Made by a program: the position numbers and the translations under genes. DNA of 64,000 nt from Candidatus Hecatella orcuttiae. Lineage in GTDB: Archaea > Thermoproteota > Bathyarchaeia > Hecatellales > Hecatellaceae. Below are positions 40,002 through 48,391 of this stretch, one piece after another; position 1 is the first letter of the stretch, and every line of letters starts with the position of its first letter. The stretch covers positions 384,001 through 448,000 of the forward strand of contig MTLY02000002.1 in NCBI GenBank assembly GCA_002011035.2, read 5' to 3'. The notes under the pieces were generated by a model that was not told where the DNA came from, ran no database searches, and saw only the letters and a list, made by a program, of their open reading frames with translations.

Positions 40002-40991
40002 GTGCAGAAGATTCTAGAAACAGGAGTTAAGGTGGCTAAGGAAGACATGGCTGTTCGAAGGCTGGAGGAAAAACTTCAGACTCCCCTGCTTTCAGGGCGG
40101 ACCCTCCACGAAGCCCAGCGGGTCCTCCACCAGCGCACCGAAGCCATGCTTAAAGACCGACATCTCCGCGAGGTCCTCCTAAGCGACCAGTCGCAGGCCA
40201 CGGCCAAGGTTCTGGACATCGTCTGGGAGGCGGCCAAGCCCCGGCTCATCGGCCGGGAGCTCTGCGCGGTCTTCGTCAAGGAAGACCCGTCCCTGAAGGT
40301 GCCCCGGCATAAGACCTTGGTCTCAGCCCGCTACCCGGTGGCGGAGGGCGCTGACATCCCTGTGAACGTGGGAGCTTTCGACTCGGTGACCCTGACCCCT
40401 GAAAAGTCCGGGGTAGCCGTGCCCATCAGCCGGGAGATGATCGAAGACGCCGCGTGGGATGTCGTGGAGTTCCAGCTCCGCGAAGCCGGCCGAGCCATGG
40501 CCGAGGTGGAAACAGAGCGGATCATCGCCCAGATGATCGCTGACGCAGGGAACTCCGCGGCTGCAGCCACAGCTGGGACGCTGGCCTACGACGACATCGT
40601 GGGCATGATCAACCTCATCCAAGCCGACAACTTCCTCCAAGACTACATCCAAACCGGCCGAGGCTACTTGGTGGTGCACCCCGACCAGTACGCCGACCTC
40701 CTCAAGGACTCCAGCGTGAAGCAGGCTCACTCTTGGGGCGGCATCGCCGTGGCGCCCACAGGCCGCTTGGAGACCATCTTAGGCCTCAACCTCCGGGTGA
40801 CCACCAAGATCACCAGCGGCACCGCCCTGGTCGTCGACGCGGAGCACGCGGGAGCTCTGTTTATCCGAAGGGACATCACCGTGGAAAACTACGAAGACCC
40901 GATTAAGGACCTGGCCGGAGCCGTGCTGACAGCCCGGTGGAAGTACGCGACGATGCAGGCGAACGCCATAGGCAAGATCACAGGAGCCTAA
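40002..40991 (+). CDS. Major capsid protein, HK97 fold
   Basis: VAEGADIP, KSGVAVPISREMIEDAAWDVV, LVVHP, ILGLNLRVT; 329 aa. Confidence 0.92.
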   Translation: MQKILETGVKVAKEDMAVRRLEEKLQTPLLSGRTLHEAQRVLHQRTEAMLKDRHLREVLLSDQSQATAKVLDIVWEAAKPRLIGRELCAVFVKEDPSLKVPRHKTLVSARYPVAEGADIPVNVGAFDSVTLTPEKSGVAVPISREMIEDAAWDVVEFQLREAGRAMAEVETERIIAQMIADAGNSAAAATAGTLAYDDIVGMINLIQADNFLQDYIQTGRGYLVVHPDQYADLLKDSSVKQAHSWGGIAVAPTGRLETILGLNLRVTTKITSGTALVVDAEHAGALFIRRDITVENYEDPIKDLAGAVLTARWKYATMQANAIGKITGA

Positions 40992-41044
40992 GCCTAAACC
41001 ACCCGTTTTCTTCCGGCGGTTCTTTTCCCGTGAAAAAGCAACCG

Positions 41045-41056
41045 CCCCTTTTTTTA
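41045..41056 (+). terminator. Oligo-T terminator after the capsid gene
   Basis: CCCCTTTTTTT about 55 nt after the MCP stop. Confidence 0.5.
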
Positions 41057-41083
41057 TCGCTTCCAAAAATCACGTGAGTTAGG

Positions 41084-41356
41084 TTGAAGGTTAAAACCGG
41101 CGTCTGCCCCCGGTGTGGAACCCGCTACTACCAGCGAGGCGACCGCCTTTACATCTGCGACTGCATGCTCACCAAGCCCGACGGGTCCCTCATGGCCGCC
41201 TACGACCCCGCCGTCGACAGCCTCAGCTACGGCTCTAGGGCTATGCAGAAAATCCGAAACCCTGAGGACCGGAGTCGGAGAAGTTGGAGGGTTCACTTCT
41301 GGGACGGCGGCGAGAAGAACGAAGAAAACCGCCCGGTGGAGGTGAAGATGAAATGA
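41084..41356 (+). CDS. Small Cys-rich (CxxC...CxC) protein
   Basis: CPRCG...CDC; 90 aa. Confidence 0.5.
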   Translation: MKVKTGVCPRCGTRYYQRGDRLYICDCMLTKPDGSLMAAYDPAVDSLSYGSRAMQKIRNPEDRSRRSWRVHFWDGGEKNEENRPVEVKMK

Positions 41357-41421
41357 CCTCCCCGAGGGAAAAAATCTTTAAGCACAACCCGCGGATATAT
41401 TACCCAGCCGGGTGAAAAATT

Positions 41422-41490
41422 CTGGCTAAGAAAAAAGCTAAGAAAACCAAGGCTAAAGGCTCCGCTAAATCCAAAGGCAGAAAGTGCTAG
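41422..41490 (+). CDS. 22-aa lysine-rich micropeptide with CTG start
   Basis: TATA-like GAAAAAATCTTTAAG, SD GGTGA, CTG, MAKKKAKKTKAKGSAKSKGRKC, T-tract at 41519-41530. Confidence 0.6.
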   Translation: MAKKKAKKTKAKGSAKSKGRKC

Positions 41491-41553
41491 CCGGACCGCC
41501 TTCAACCTCCCTCCCCTATTTTTTTTCTTTCCCCGTCCACTCGAGGTGAACTC

Positions 41554-41871
41554 ATGGGCTATTCAACTCTGAACGCTGTCAAAGAGCGCTTGGGCATCGA
41601 CCCAGCGGACACCACCCAGGACACGGTGCTGACCAACAAGATCGCCGCGGCGGACGCCATCATCGACAACGTCCTCCAAGCCTACACGGACGTACCTCTG
41701 GCTTCGCCGCCTCAGCTCATCCAAGACATCAGCGCCGACCTAGCCGCAGCGCTCTACCGCGAAGACCGAGGCCCCCCGGAGGCCGGCGGCGCATTCCGCC
41801 AGCGGGCTGAGAAGGCTTTGGAAGCCTACATCACCCAAACCTACCGCCAAGTAGGATTCGAAAAAACTTAG
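41554..41871 (+). CDS. Head-tail adaptor (gp6/gp15-like)
   Basis: YSTLNAVKERLGI...DTVLTNKIAAADAIID...PQLI; SD GAGGTGA. Confidence 0.8.
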   Translation: MGYSTLNAVKERLGIDPADTTQDTVLTNKIAAADAIIDNVLQAYTDVPLASPPQLIQDISADLAAALYREDRGPPEAGGAFRQRAEKALEAYITQTYRQVGFEKT

Positions 41872-41888
41872 ACGGCTGAAGGCTGAAG

Positions 41889-42317
41889 ATGGCCACCGTC
41901 AAGGTTGATGCCTCCGCAGCCCGCCGCCTGCTGGAGGCCTTGAAAGAACACTCCGACAGGGTTCAGGCTGAGTTTCTCCGGCAAGGCGCCCGGCTGACGG
42001 TGGAGGAGATGAAGCGGAAGGCTCCCGTGCGAACAGGCGCCCTGAGGCGGTCGATAGGCGTCAGGGCGGTGGAGGGAGGTAGGGTTGCCGTCAGCCCCGC
42101 GGTGCCCTACTGGCACGCGGTGGAACGAGGAGCCAAGCCGCGGGTAATTCTCCCCAAGCGGGGGAAGGTTCTTGCCTTTGAAGTCGACGGCCGGCCGGTG
42201 TTCGCCCGCCGGGCCCGGTGGCCAGGGTTTCCGGGGCGTTTCTTCGTCAGGGCGACGGAGCAGGCTGTGAGACCCAAGCTCCGGCAGCTGCTACTCCAGT
42301 TGATGAAGAAGCGTTGA
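41889..42317 (+). CDS. HK97 gp10-like neck/tail-completion protein
   Basis: APVRTGALRRSI...YWHAVERG...PG..GRFFVR. Confidence 0.85.
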   Translation: MATVKVDASAARRLLEALKEHSDRVQAEFLRQGARLTVEEMKRKAPVRTGALRRSIGVRAVEGGRVAVSPAVPYWHAVERGAKPRVILPKRGKVLAFEVDGRPVFARRARWPGFPGRFFVRATEQAVRPKLRQLLLQLMKKR

Positions 42318-42392
42318 CATCTTCCGCATGGTCGGATGAAAATTTCCTTTCGAACATACTAAACAGTTCTTTTCCAGTGGACGGGAGACATC

Positions 42393-42813
42393 ATGTACAA
42401 GGAGATTGTGCAGAAAATCATCGACCTGCTGAAGGCGGACGCCGCCCTCTCGGAGCCGGCTAAGGTGAAAAAGTATTACTTCGGCATCCCCCCCGGAGGC
42501 GAAGGCCGGCTACCCGTGGGTCAGCGTCCGCTGGGCGGGGGGTCCCGTCGAAACCGAGACAGCCCGGAAGGAGCGGTACCAGATGGATTTTGAGATCAGG
42601 GTGGTGGACCAGTCCTACCGGGAGGACACGGCGGAGAAGTCGGTGATGGACCTGGTGGAGGACATCGACCGGGTGCTGGACGCTAACCCCACGCTGGACG
42701 GGCTGGTGGACGACTGCCGCATCGTCAACATCGCCTCAGAGACCATGGCCTCAGGCTCCTACGCCCTAGTGGGCGCCCTCATCACCCTCACGGCTAGGAA
42801 AACACAGCTCTAA
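42393..42813 (+). pseudogene. Tail terminator-like gene split by a one-base frameshift in a C7 run
   Basis: MYKEIVQKIIDLLKAD...YYFGIPP continues as EAKAGYPWVSVRW...MDFEIRVVD...NPTLDGLV if the C-run at 42488-42494 is 6 rather than 7. Confidence 0.7.
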
Positions 42814-42832
42814 AAGGAGGTGAAACAGGCAA

Positions 42833-43759
42833 ATGGCTGAAAGATACATAGTAGTAGGCGAAGAAACCACCTTCGGCTCGCCGGTGACCCCTGACAAGTA
42901 CATCGACATCCGCCGGGAGGCTGTGGTTTTCGACGTCGGCGTCATCCCCGTCGAAACCGTGTACAGCCGGGACACCCGCAAATACGTGTTCGGCAAGGCC
43001 CTAGCCCGAGGGCCCATCGACTTTGCCGTGGAGCCGGAGAACGTGGCCCACCTGTTCAAGTGGGCGCTGGGCAGTGTGACTACCAGCGGGGCAGGACCCT
43101 ACACCCACGACTTCACCCCGGCGGACACCGTGAAAAGCTTCACCGCCATCATCAACCCGGAGCAGGAGACCTACGGCTTCTTCCGAAAACTCAGCGGCTG
43201 CCTGGTGGAGCGGCTGACCCTCGAATCCGCCCTCGACGTGCTCACCGGCTCCGTGGAAATCGTGGCAGCAAAGGAAGAAAAAGACACAGCCTTCACTCCG
43301 TCGGTTTCCCTCTCCCCGCTGGCGCCCTTCGTCTTCCACGAAGCCACCCTGACACTGGGCGGTGCCGACAAGTCCAGCGTCCTCAAAGCCTTCAGGCTGA
43401 CGGTAGGCAACAACCTGCCCGTCGACGACATGTACGCCCACGGCGACAAGCATCTACGCCGCATCCTCGTGGGCCGGCGGGAGGTGGAGGTGCAGATGGA
43501 GCTGGCCTTCGAGGACTCCGCGGACTACGACCGCCTGCTGGCGGGGACGGAGGTGGCGGCTTCCCTCAGCTTCGTCAAGACCGCGGGCAGCGCTGAGCTG
43601 CTCATCGACCTCCCCCGCATGGTCTACCACAGCGACGTGGCGCCGCACATCGCGGGAAGGGACCCCTTCACCGTCGTGGCCCCCTGCCAAGTGCTCTACG
43701 ACTCCGCCGCCGGCTATGAGGTGAAGATTCAGGTCAAAAACAACGTGGCCGGCTACTGA
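42833..43759 (+). CDS. Major tail tube protein
   Basis: GEETTFGS, YTHDFTP, KSFTA, GCLVERLTL; position between neck and chaperone; no sheath gene. Confidence 0.82.
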   Translation: MAERYIVVGEETTFGSPVTPDKYIDIRREAVVFDVGVIPVETVYSRDTRKYVFGKALARGPIDFAVEPENVAHLFKWALGSVTTSGAGPYTHDFTPADTVKSFTAIINPEQETYGFFRKLSGCLVERLTLESALDVLTGSVEIVAAKEEKDTAFTPSVSLSPLAPFVFHEATLTLGGADKSSVLKAFRLTVGNNLPVDDMYAHGDKHLRRILVGRREVEVQMELAFEDSADYDRLLAGTEVAASLSFVKTAGSAELLIDLPRMVYHSDVAPHIAGRDPFTVVAPCQVLYDSAAGYEVKIQVKNNVAGY

Positions 43760-43786
43760 CCGCCAAGAGTTTTCAGGTGAACGGAC

Positions 43787-44381
43787 ATGTCTGCGGAGAC
43801 GCCTGCAAGAAGGCTCAGTGTGAAGGAATGGCGGGAAAGCCTAGTCCGCACGGTGGAGGCGCCCAGCGGGCTGACCTACCAAGTCCGCCTGCTGACCTCG
43901 CCCCTCCCCTTCCTGAGGCTTCTCCGAAAGCACGGCTTAGAAGGCGTGGGGGAAGCTCAGGCGGAAAGCTTGGATGTGGCTGAGAAGTCCGACGCCCTGC
44001 TGAGGGACCTCTTCGCCGAATACGTCCTAAACCCCAAGGTGGCGGAGGGCGGGGGAGCTGAAGGCGAAGAACGCTTGGCTTTCTCGGAGATGCTGGAGGA
44101 GGACAAGGCAGTCCTCTTCAACGCCATAGCCGAGAAGTTCCGTTTTCTTCGCAGCGAAGACAGCCAGCCCCCTCACCCCAGCCCTGCTGGGGGAAGCTCT
44201 CCTCCTCCTAGGCGGGCTGCTGGGGGAAGCCTACCACCGCCTCCCCAGCCGGGTTCTCGCCCTCCCAGCCGAGGAGCTGGCTCTCAACTGGACCTGCCTC
44301 CAAGAGGCTAAGAGGGCCTTGGCCCAAGCCTCCAGCCTCAGCGCTGAGATCCGTCGACGCCGGGGGGAGCTGGGCCTCTAG
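43787..44381 (+). CDS. Tail assembly chaperone G (43787-44311) with a probable +1 frameshift GT product ending 44381
   Basis: TTT-C at 44144-44147; the +1 frame is open to TAG 44381 and is protein-like (GEAYHRLPSRVLALPAEELALNW). Confidence 0.7.
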
Positions 44382-44391
44382 CAGGTGGACG

Positions 44392-44637
44392 GTGGAGGAT
44401 GTGAAGCTTCGAACCGGCTTGGGAGCCGTCTTATGGGCGGTGGGCGTGGGGCTCATGGCGGAGAAGCTGCTTCGCTACGGGGCTCTCTACACCTATCCTC
44501 CCCACCTCTTGGACCACGGCCTCTACGGCCTCATTTTGGTCGCCTTATCCCTGCTCCTGCTGTCCAAGCAGGAGAAGCCGGTCCGGGGTGGGGCTCTCCG
44601 AAGGCCGGAGGACGGAGTAACCGCGGCCGGAGGCTAG
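44392..44637 (+). CDS. Small two-TM membrane protein (holin-like or accessory)
   Basis: Two hydrophobic segments around PPHLLDHGLYG. Confidence 0.55.
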   Translation: MEDVKLRTGLGAVLWAVGVGLMAEKLLRYGALYTYPPHLLDHGLYGLILVALSLLLLSKQEKPVRGGALRRPEDGVTAAGG

Positions 44638-44786
44638 GTTTTCAAGTCTGGAAACCAGATGGCGTAGCTTCCGCACTTCCAGCAGCGGCTGCCGGTGACG
44701 ACGAACAGGCGGCCGCCTTTGATTTCAACCTTGGTGTCTCCTGGTATTTCCCTGACCTCCCCGCAGGAGGCGCATTTGACCTTCAT
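44634..44786 (-). CDS. 50-aa zinc-ribbon protein, antisense within the tail region
   Basis: SD GGAGG, ATG; MKVKCASCGEV...SRCWKCGSYAIWFPDLKT; below the ORF track cutoff. Confidence 0.7.
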   Translation of the reverse strand: MKVKCASCGEVREIPGDTKVEIKGGRLFVVTGSRCWKCGSYAIWFPDLKT

Positions 44787-44850
44787 GGCCTCCCCTAAAA
44801 TGATTCGCGAAACTCAGCCCTTTAACTCTTTCAGCAACCCCGGTCCTTGG

Positions 44851-44997
44851 GTGGTGAAGACGGCCGCGGAGCAGATAGGTGACATTCTGAAAAACGCCAG
44901 GGACCTAGGCTACAGGCTGCTGGTCATCCAAACCCGCAGCCGGCTGTTCGCTGTCCCCCTCAAATCCATCCGAGAGGTTAGGCTGGTGAAAAAATGA
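44851..44997 (+). CDS. Small hypothetical protein coupled to the tape measure gene
   Basis: GTG start; MVKTAAEQIGDILKNARDLGYRLLVIQ...; ATGA overlap with TMP. Confidence 0.5.
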   Translation: MVKTAAEQIGDILKNARDLGYRLLVIQTRSRLFAVPLKSIREVRLVKK

Positions 44998-46340
44998 GCG
45001 CAGAGCAAGCCCGCGTCGCCATCATCCTCGAAGCCCAGAACAAGGCCAAAGCCGTCCTAGCCGAAGCCCAACGGGACGTGCGCAGCTTCAGCCAGCAGGC
45101 ACAGGCCTCAGCTCGAGGCGCCGGCCAAGCAGCCGACCGCATGGGCCAACGCATGGCCGCGGCCGCCCGCACCAGCCAAGTCAGCTTCAGCCAAGTCTCC
45201 ATGGGCATGACCACGCTGGCCGCCAGCGCCATGAACCTCTACAACGCCTACGACCGCATCGGCACCGTGCAAGCCCGGGTGGCCGCCCTCCAAGCCAGCT
45301 ACAAGGCGGCTCAGGACGCTGTGGCCGCCGCCCAGCTGAGGCTGAACAAGCTGGCTGAGGCGGGAAAAGAAGGCAGCGAGGAATACCGCATCGCCCAGGA
45401 GAAACTGGCCACCGCCCAGCAGCGCCTCGCCGCCTACGAGGTGAACAAAGCCTACATTCAGATGGCCATGTCGGTGCTGCCGGCGGTGATGGGCAGCATG
45501 CAGGCGCTGCAGGGCATGAAGGGCATGGGCGGCCTGGTCTCCGTCGCCCCCAAGGTGGTGGCGGCCATGCACAGCATCCGCACCGCCTCCTACGGAATGC
45601 TCGGCCCCTTAGGGCTGCTGATCGCCGCTGCTGCGACCCTCTACCTGGCGTGGACCCAGAACTGGGGTGGGATCCGCGAAAAGGTCGGCGCGGTGGTGGA
45701 GTGGTTCAGCAGCGTCTACACCCACTACATTCAGCCGACGTTGGAGGCGATTGTGGGTGGTTTCCAGTGGCTGGCGGACAGGGTGACGTGGCTTTGGGAC
45801 CGCACCCTCGGCCCCATCGTGGAAGGCGCCAAGAGGCTCTACGACGCCTTGGTTGGACGGTCCGTCTTCCCTGAGCTCATGCACCGTCTCGAAGCCGTCA
45901 CCGCCAAGGGGCTGGGGGAAACCGTGGCCCTCTGGCATTTCGCCTCCCACCGCATCGCCGCCTACACCCAGGCCATCTTGGCCAAGATGACCGTGTCCCA
46001 GAAGGCAGCTAGGTTCTTCGCTGAAACCGCTGTGGCTCCGGCCTTGGCTCGGGGAGGCTTCGCCGGGGTCACATCCCGCGGCCAAATCCTAGCCGCCAGC
46101 ATCCCTCGGGCTGAGTATCTCCGGGGCTTGGAGGAAAGCCTCCGCGTCAGCCGGGAGGTCTACGGCTACGGCCCTGAGCATCCTGCGGTGCGGCGCTATG
46201 AGGCCGCCATCGCCGAGGTCAGAGGCATCACCATCATCATGAACAACCAAATTCAAAGCCCCGCCGACGAGGTCCGCCTTGCCAAGCGGGTGGGCGTGGC
46301 GGTGGTGGACGCTGCAACCCTCAGGAAGGGACCCCTCTAA
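44994..46340 (+). CDS. Short tape measure protein
   Basis: Ala/Gln-rich helical N-terminus, LYLAWTQNWGGIRE and Trp-spaced repeats; position after the chaperone. Confidence 0.85.
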   Translation: MSAEQARVAIILEAQNKAKAVLAEAQRDVRSFSQQAQASARGAGQAADRMGQRMAAAARTSQVSFSQVSMGMTTLAASAMNLYNAYDRIGTVQARVAALQASYKAAQDAVAAAQLRLNKLAEAGKEGSEEYRIAQEKLATAQQRLAAYEVNKAYIQMAMSVLPAVMGSMQALQGMKGMGGLVSVAPKVVAAMHSIRTASYGMLGPLGLLIAAAATLYLAWTQNWGGIREKVGAVVEWFSSVYTHYIQPTLEAIVGGFQWLADRVTWLWDRTLGPIVEGAKRLYDALVGRSVFPELMHRLEAVTAKGLGETVALWHFASHRIAAYTQAILAKMTVSQKAARFFAETAVAPALARGGFAGVTSRGQILAASIPRAEYLRGLEESLRVSREVYGYGPEHPAVRRYEAAIAEVRGITIIMNNQIQSPADEVRLAKRVGVAVVDAATLRKGPL

Positions 46341-48173
46341 ATGGCCCGATTCACCGTCAAGATAGCCGGCGTGGACTACCCGTTCACAGCCCTGACCCTC
46401 CGCCAGTCGGTTGACCCCCCTGACGAGTTCACCGTGGAGCTGCCCAAGGTGGAGGCAGCGCCGGCCTTCGAAGACCCCGTGGACATCTACAGGGACGGGG
46501 TGAAAATCTTCAGCGGCCTCCTGGAACGCCGGCAGGCGGTGTTCGGGGAGGAAGGCGAGAGGCTGGTCCTAGGGTCTAGGGACCTCAGCCAGAAGCTGTT
46601 CCGCCACCTCACCGGCGCGCAGACGTGGACTGAGACCAAAGTCCGCACCATCCTCCAAGACCTCATCGCCGGCACAGGCCTGACCGAGGGGGCGATCGCC
46701 GACCCCTTCCAAGTGTGGCACCGGTGGCTTCAGACCACGGACGCAGACTTCGGCGGCGACGTCCTGACGGATGTGGAGGTTGCTGGGACGGGGACGGCGG
46801 CTAAAGTCGTGCTAACCTACGCGGGTGCAACCAAGACAGGAAACATCAAGTCGACGTTGATAGCGCCTGTAAACTGGCAAAGTTGGATTGAATTTAATGC
46901 TGCTGTGGATGAAAAAAACCAAACCATCACCTTCGACATCTTGGATTCGGCGGACAACACGCTTGTAGGCGGCATCACACCAGCTCAGCTGCCCTACGAC
47001 CTATCCGCCCTAGCAGAGTCATCCCTAAAGGTCAGATGCAACCTGACGGCAGCCCCTTGGGTTGATGGAACCGCCCTAGAAAGCAGCACGGGTGTCATTT
47101 ACGCATCATATCCTCGGCGAGGCCAGAAGATTACTGTGCCCAACAAAACCCTCCACACAATAATTTTCGCCATCCACAAGGAAGGCAGCCCCACCGGTAC
47201 GGCGTATCTGAGGATAAGAAGAACCTCAGACGATTCGATTATCTACGAGGAAAGCTTCGACGTTGCCTCTCTTCCTACCGATTCTGGGAATTGGCAGGTT
47301 TTCAAACTCACTAATCCTCCTACCGTCAACGAAGAAGTTAGAATTATGGTTGAATATTATGGCGGCTCCACTGACAACTGGATCAGGATGAGACGTTACA
47401 GAAACTCCTACGGGGAAAACTGGGAAGGCGTCGAAACAAGCTACGATGGAACAGCCTACACGGACGACAGCACCGCCGACAGCAACATCGTCATCCACGA
47501 CAAACCCAGCCCCGAACTCCTAGAATGGTCCGTCACCCACCACAGCGACTACACCGACTTCACCGTGGACTACGAATACCGGTTTGAAGCCGTCAACCGG
47601 CTGGCCGCCATGCTGGGAGCCGAATGGTGGGTGGACTCCGCGGGAGCCCTCCACTTCCAACCCCAAAGGGGCTCCGACCTTTCTGGGACGGTGCGCTACC
47701 AAGCGGAGCGGGATGTAACCGTCTCCCGGGTTACGGAAACCTTCCAGCTGGCCAACCGTATCACCGTCATCGGAGCCGGGGAAGCTGCCAGCCGGGTGGA
47801 GGAGACGGAGGAAGACCCGGCTAGCCAGGCAGCCTATGGGCTGCATGAAGCCGTCTACGTGGACAAGGAAATCGACACCGCGGACGCAGCTAGGACCACG
47901 GCTCAGAACCTCCTAGCCAAGTACAAGGACCCCGTGGAGAAGATCGTCCTCCAAGTCCTCCCCGTCTACGACTTCCAAGTAGGCGACATCATCACCGTCA
48001 CCGACCCCCACACCGGGCTGGAGGGCAGCTACCGGGTGAAGGTCAAGACCATCAGGTTCACAGCCGAAGAAGGGGAGCAGTGGGAGCTGGAGCTGGCCAC
48101 CCGCCTCACCGACCTCCCCGACGAACTGCTCAAGACAGGCCAGCTGCAACGCTGGCTCAAGGGGTTAGCCTGA
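46341..48173 (+). CDS. Tail-tip hub (Tal/gp27-like) protein with inserted beta-sandwich domains
   Basis: IYRDGVKIFSG...GSRDL; EWWVDSAGALHF; NRITVIGAG...SQAAYGLHE; FQVGDIITV. Confidence 0.78.
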   Translation: MARFTVKIAGVDYPFTALTLRQSVDPPDEFTVELPKVEAAPAFEDPVDIYRDGVKIFSGLLERRQAVFGEEGERLVLGSRDLSQKLFRHLTGAQTWTETKVRTILQDLIAGTGLTEGAIADPFQVWHRWLQTTDADFGGDVLTDVEVAGTGTAAKVVLTYAGATKTGNIKSTLIAPVNWQSWIEFNAAVDEKNQTITFDILDSADNTLVGGITPAQLPYDLSALAESSLKVRCNLTAAPWVDGTALESSTGVIYASYPRRGQKITVPNKTLHTIIFAIHKEGSPTGTAYLRIRRTSDDSIIYEESFDVASLPTDSGNWQVFKLTNPPTVNEEVRIMVEYYGGSTDNWIRMRRYRNSYGENWEGVETSYDGTAYTDDSTADSNIVIHDKPSPELLEWSVTHHSDYTDFTVDYEYRFEAVNRLAAMLGAEWWVDSAGALHFQPQRGSDLSGTVRYQAERDVTVSRVTETFQLANRITVIGAGEAASRVEETEEDPASQAAYGLHEAVYVDKEIDTADAARTTAQNLLAKYKDPVEKIVLQVLPVYDFQVGDIITVTDPHTGLEGSYRVKVKTIRFTAEEGEQWELELATRLTDLPDELLKTGQLQRWLKGLA

Positions 48174-48174
48174 G

Positions 48175-48390
48175 TTGAAGCTCCGCAATCCCCGCAGCCG
48201 CCCCTACCAAGTCACCGTCCGAGGCCGAAGGTGGGTGATCCCGGCTAAGGCGGTGGTGGAGGTCCCCGACAGGCTGGCGGAGGCCATCCTCGCCACCCGG
48301 GCCTCCCGCTTTCTCCAGCAGGAGAACCCCCCTGTCTCCGACCTCCAAGAGGAGGTAAGGAGGATCAAGGCCTACCTGAGGTTGAGGTAG
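48175..48390 (+). CDS. Small hypothetical tail-region protein
   Basis: 71 aa, tightly packed between tail genes; C-terminal short coiled coil. Confidence 0.55.
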   Translation: MKLRNPRSRPYQVTVRGRRWVIPAKAVVEVPDRLAEAILATRASRFLQQENPPVSDLQEEVRRIKAYLRLR

Positions 48391-48391
48391 C

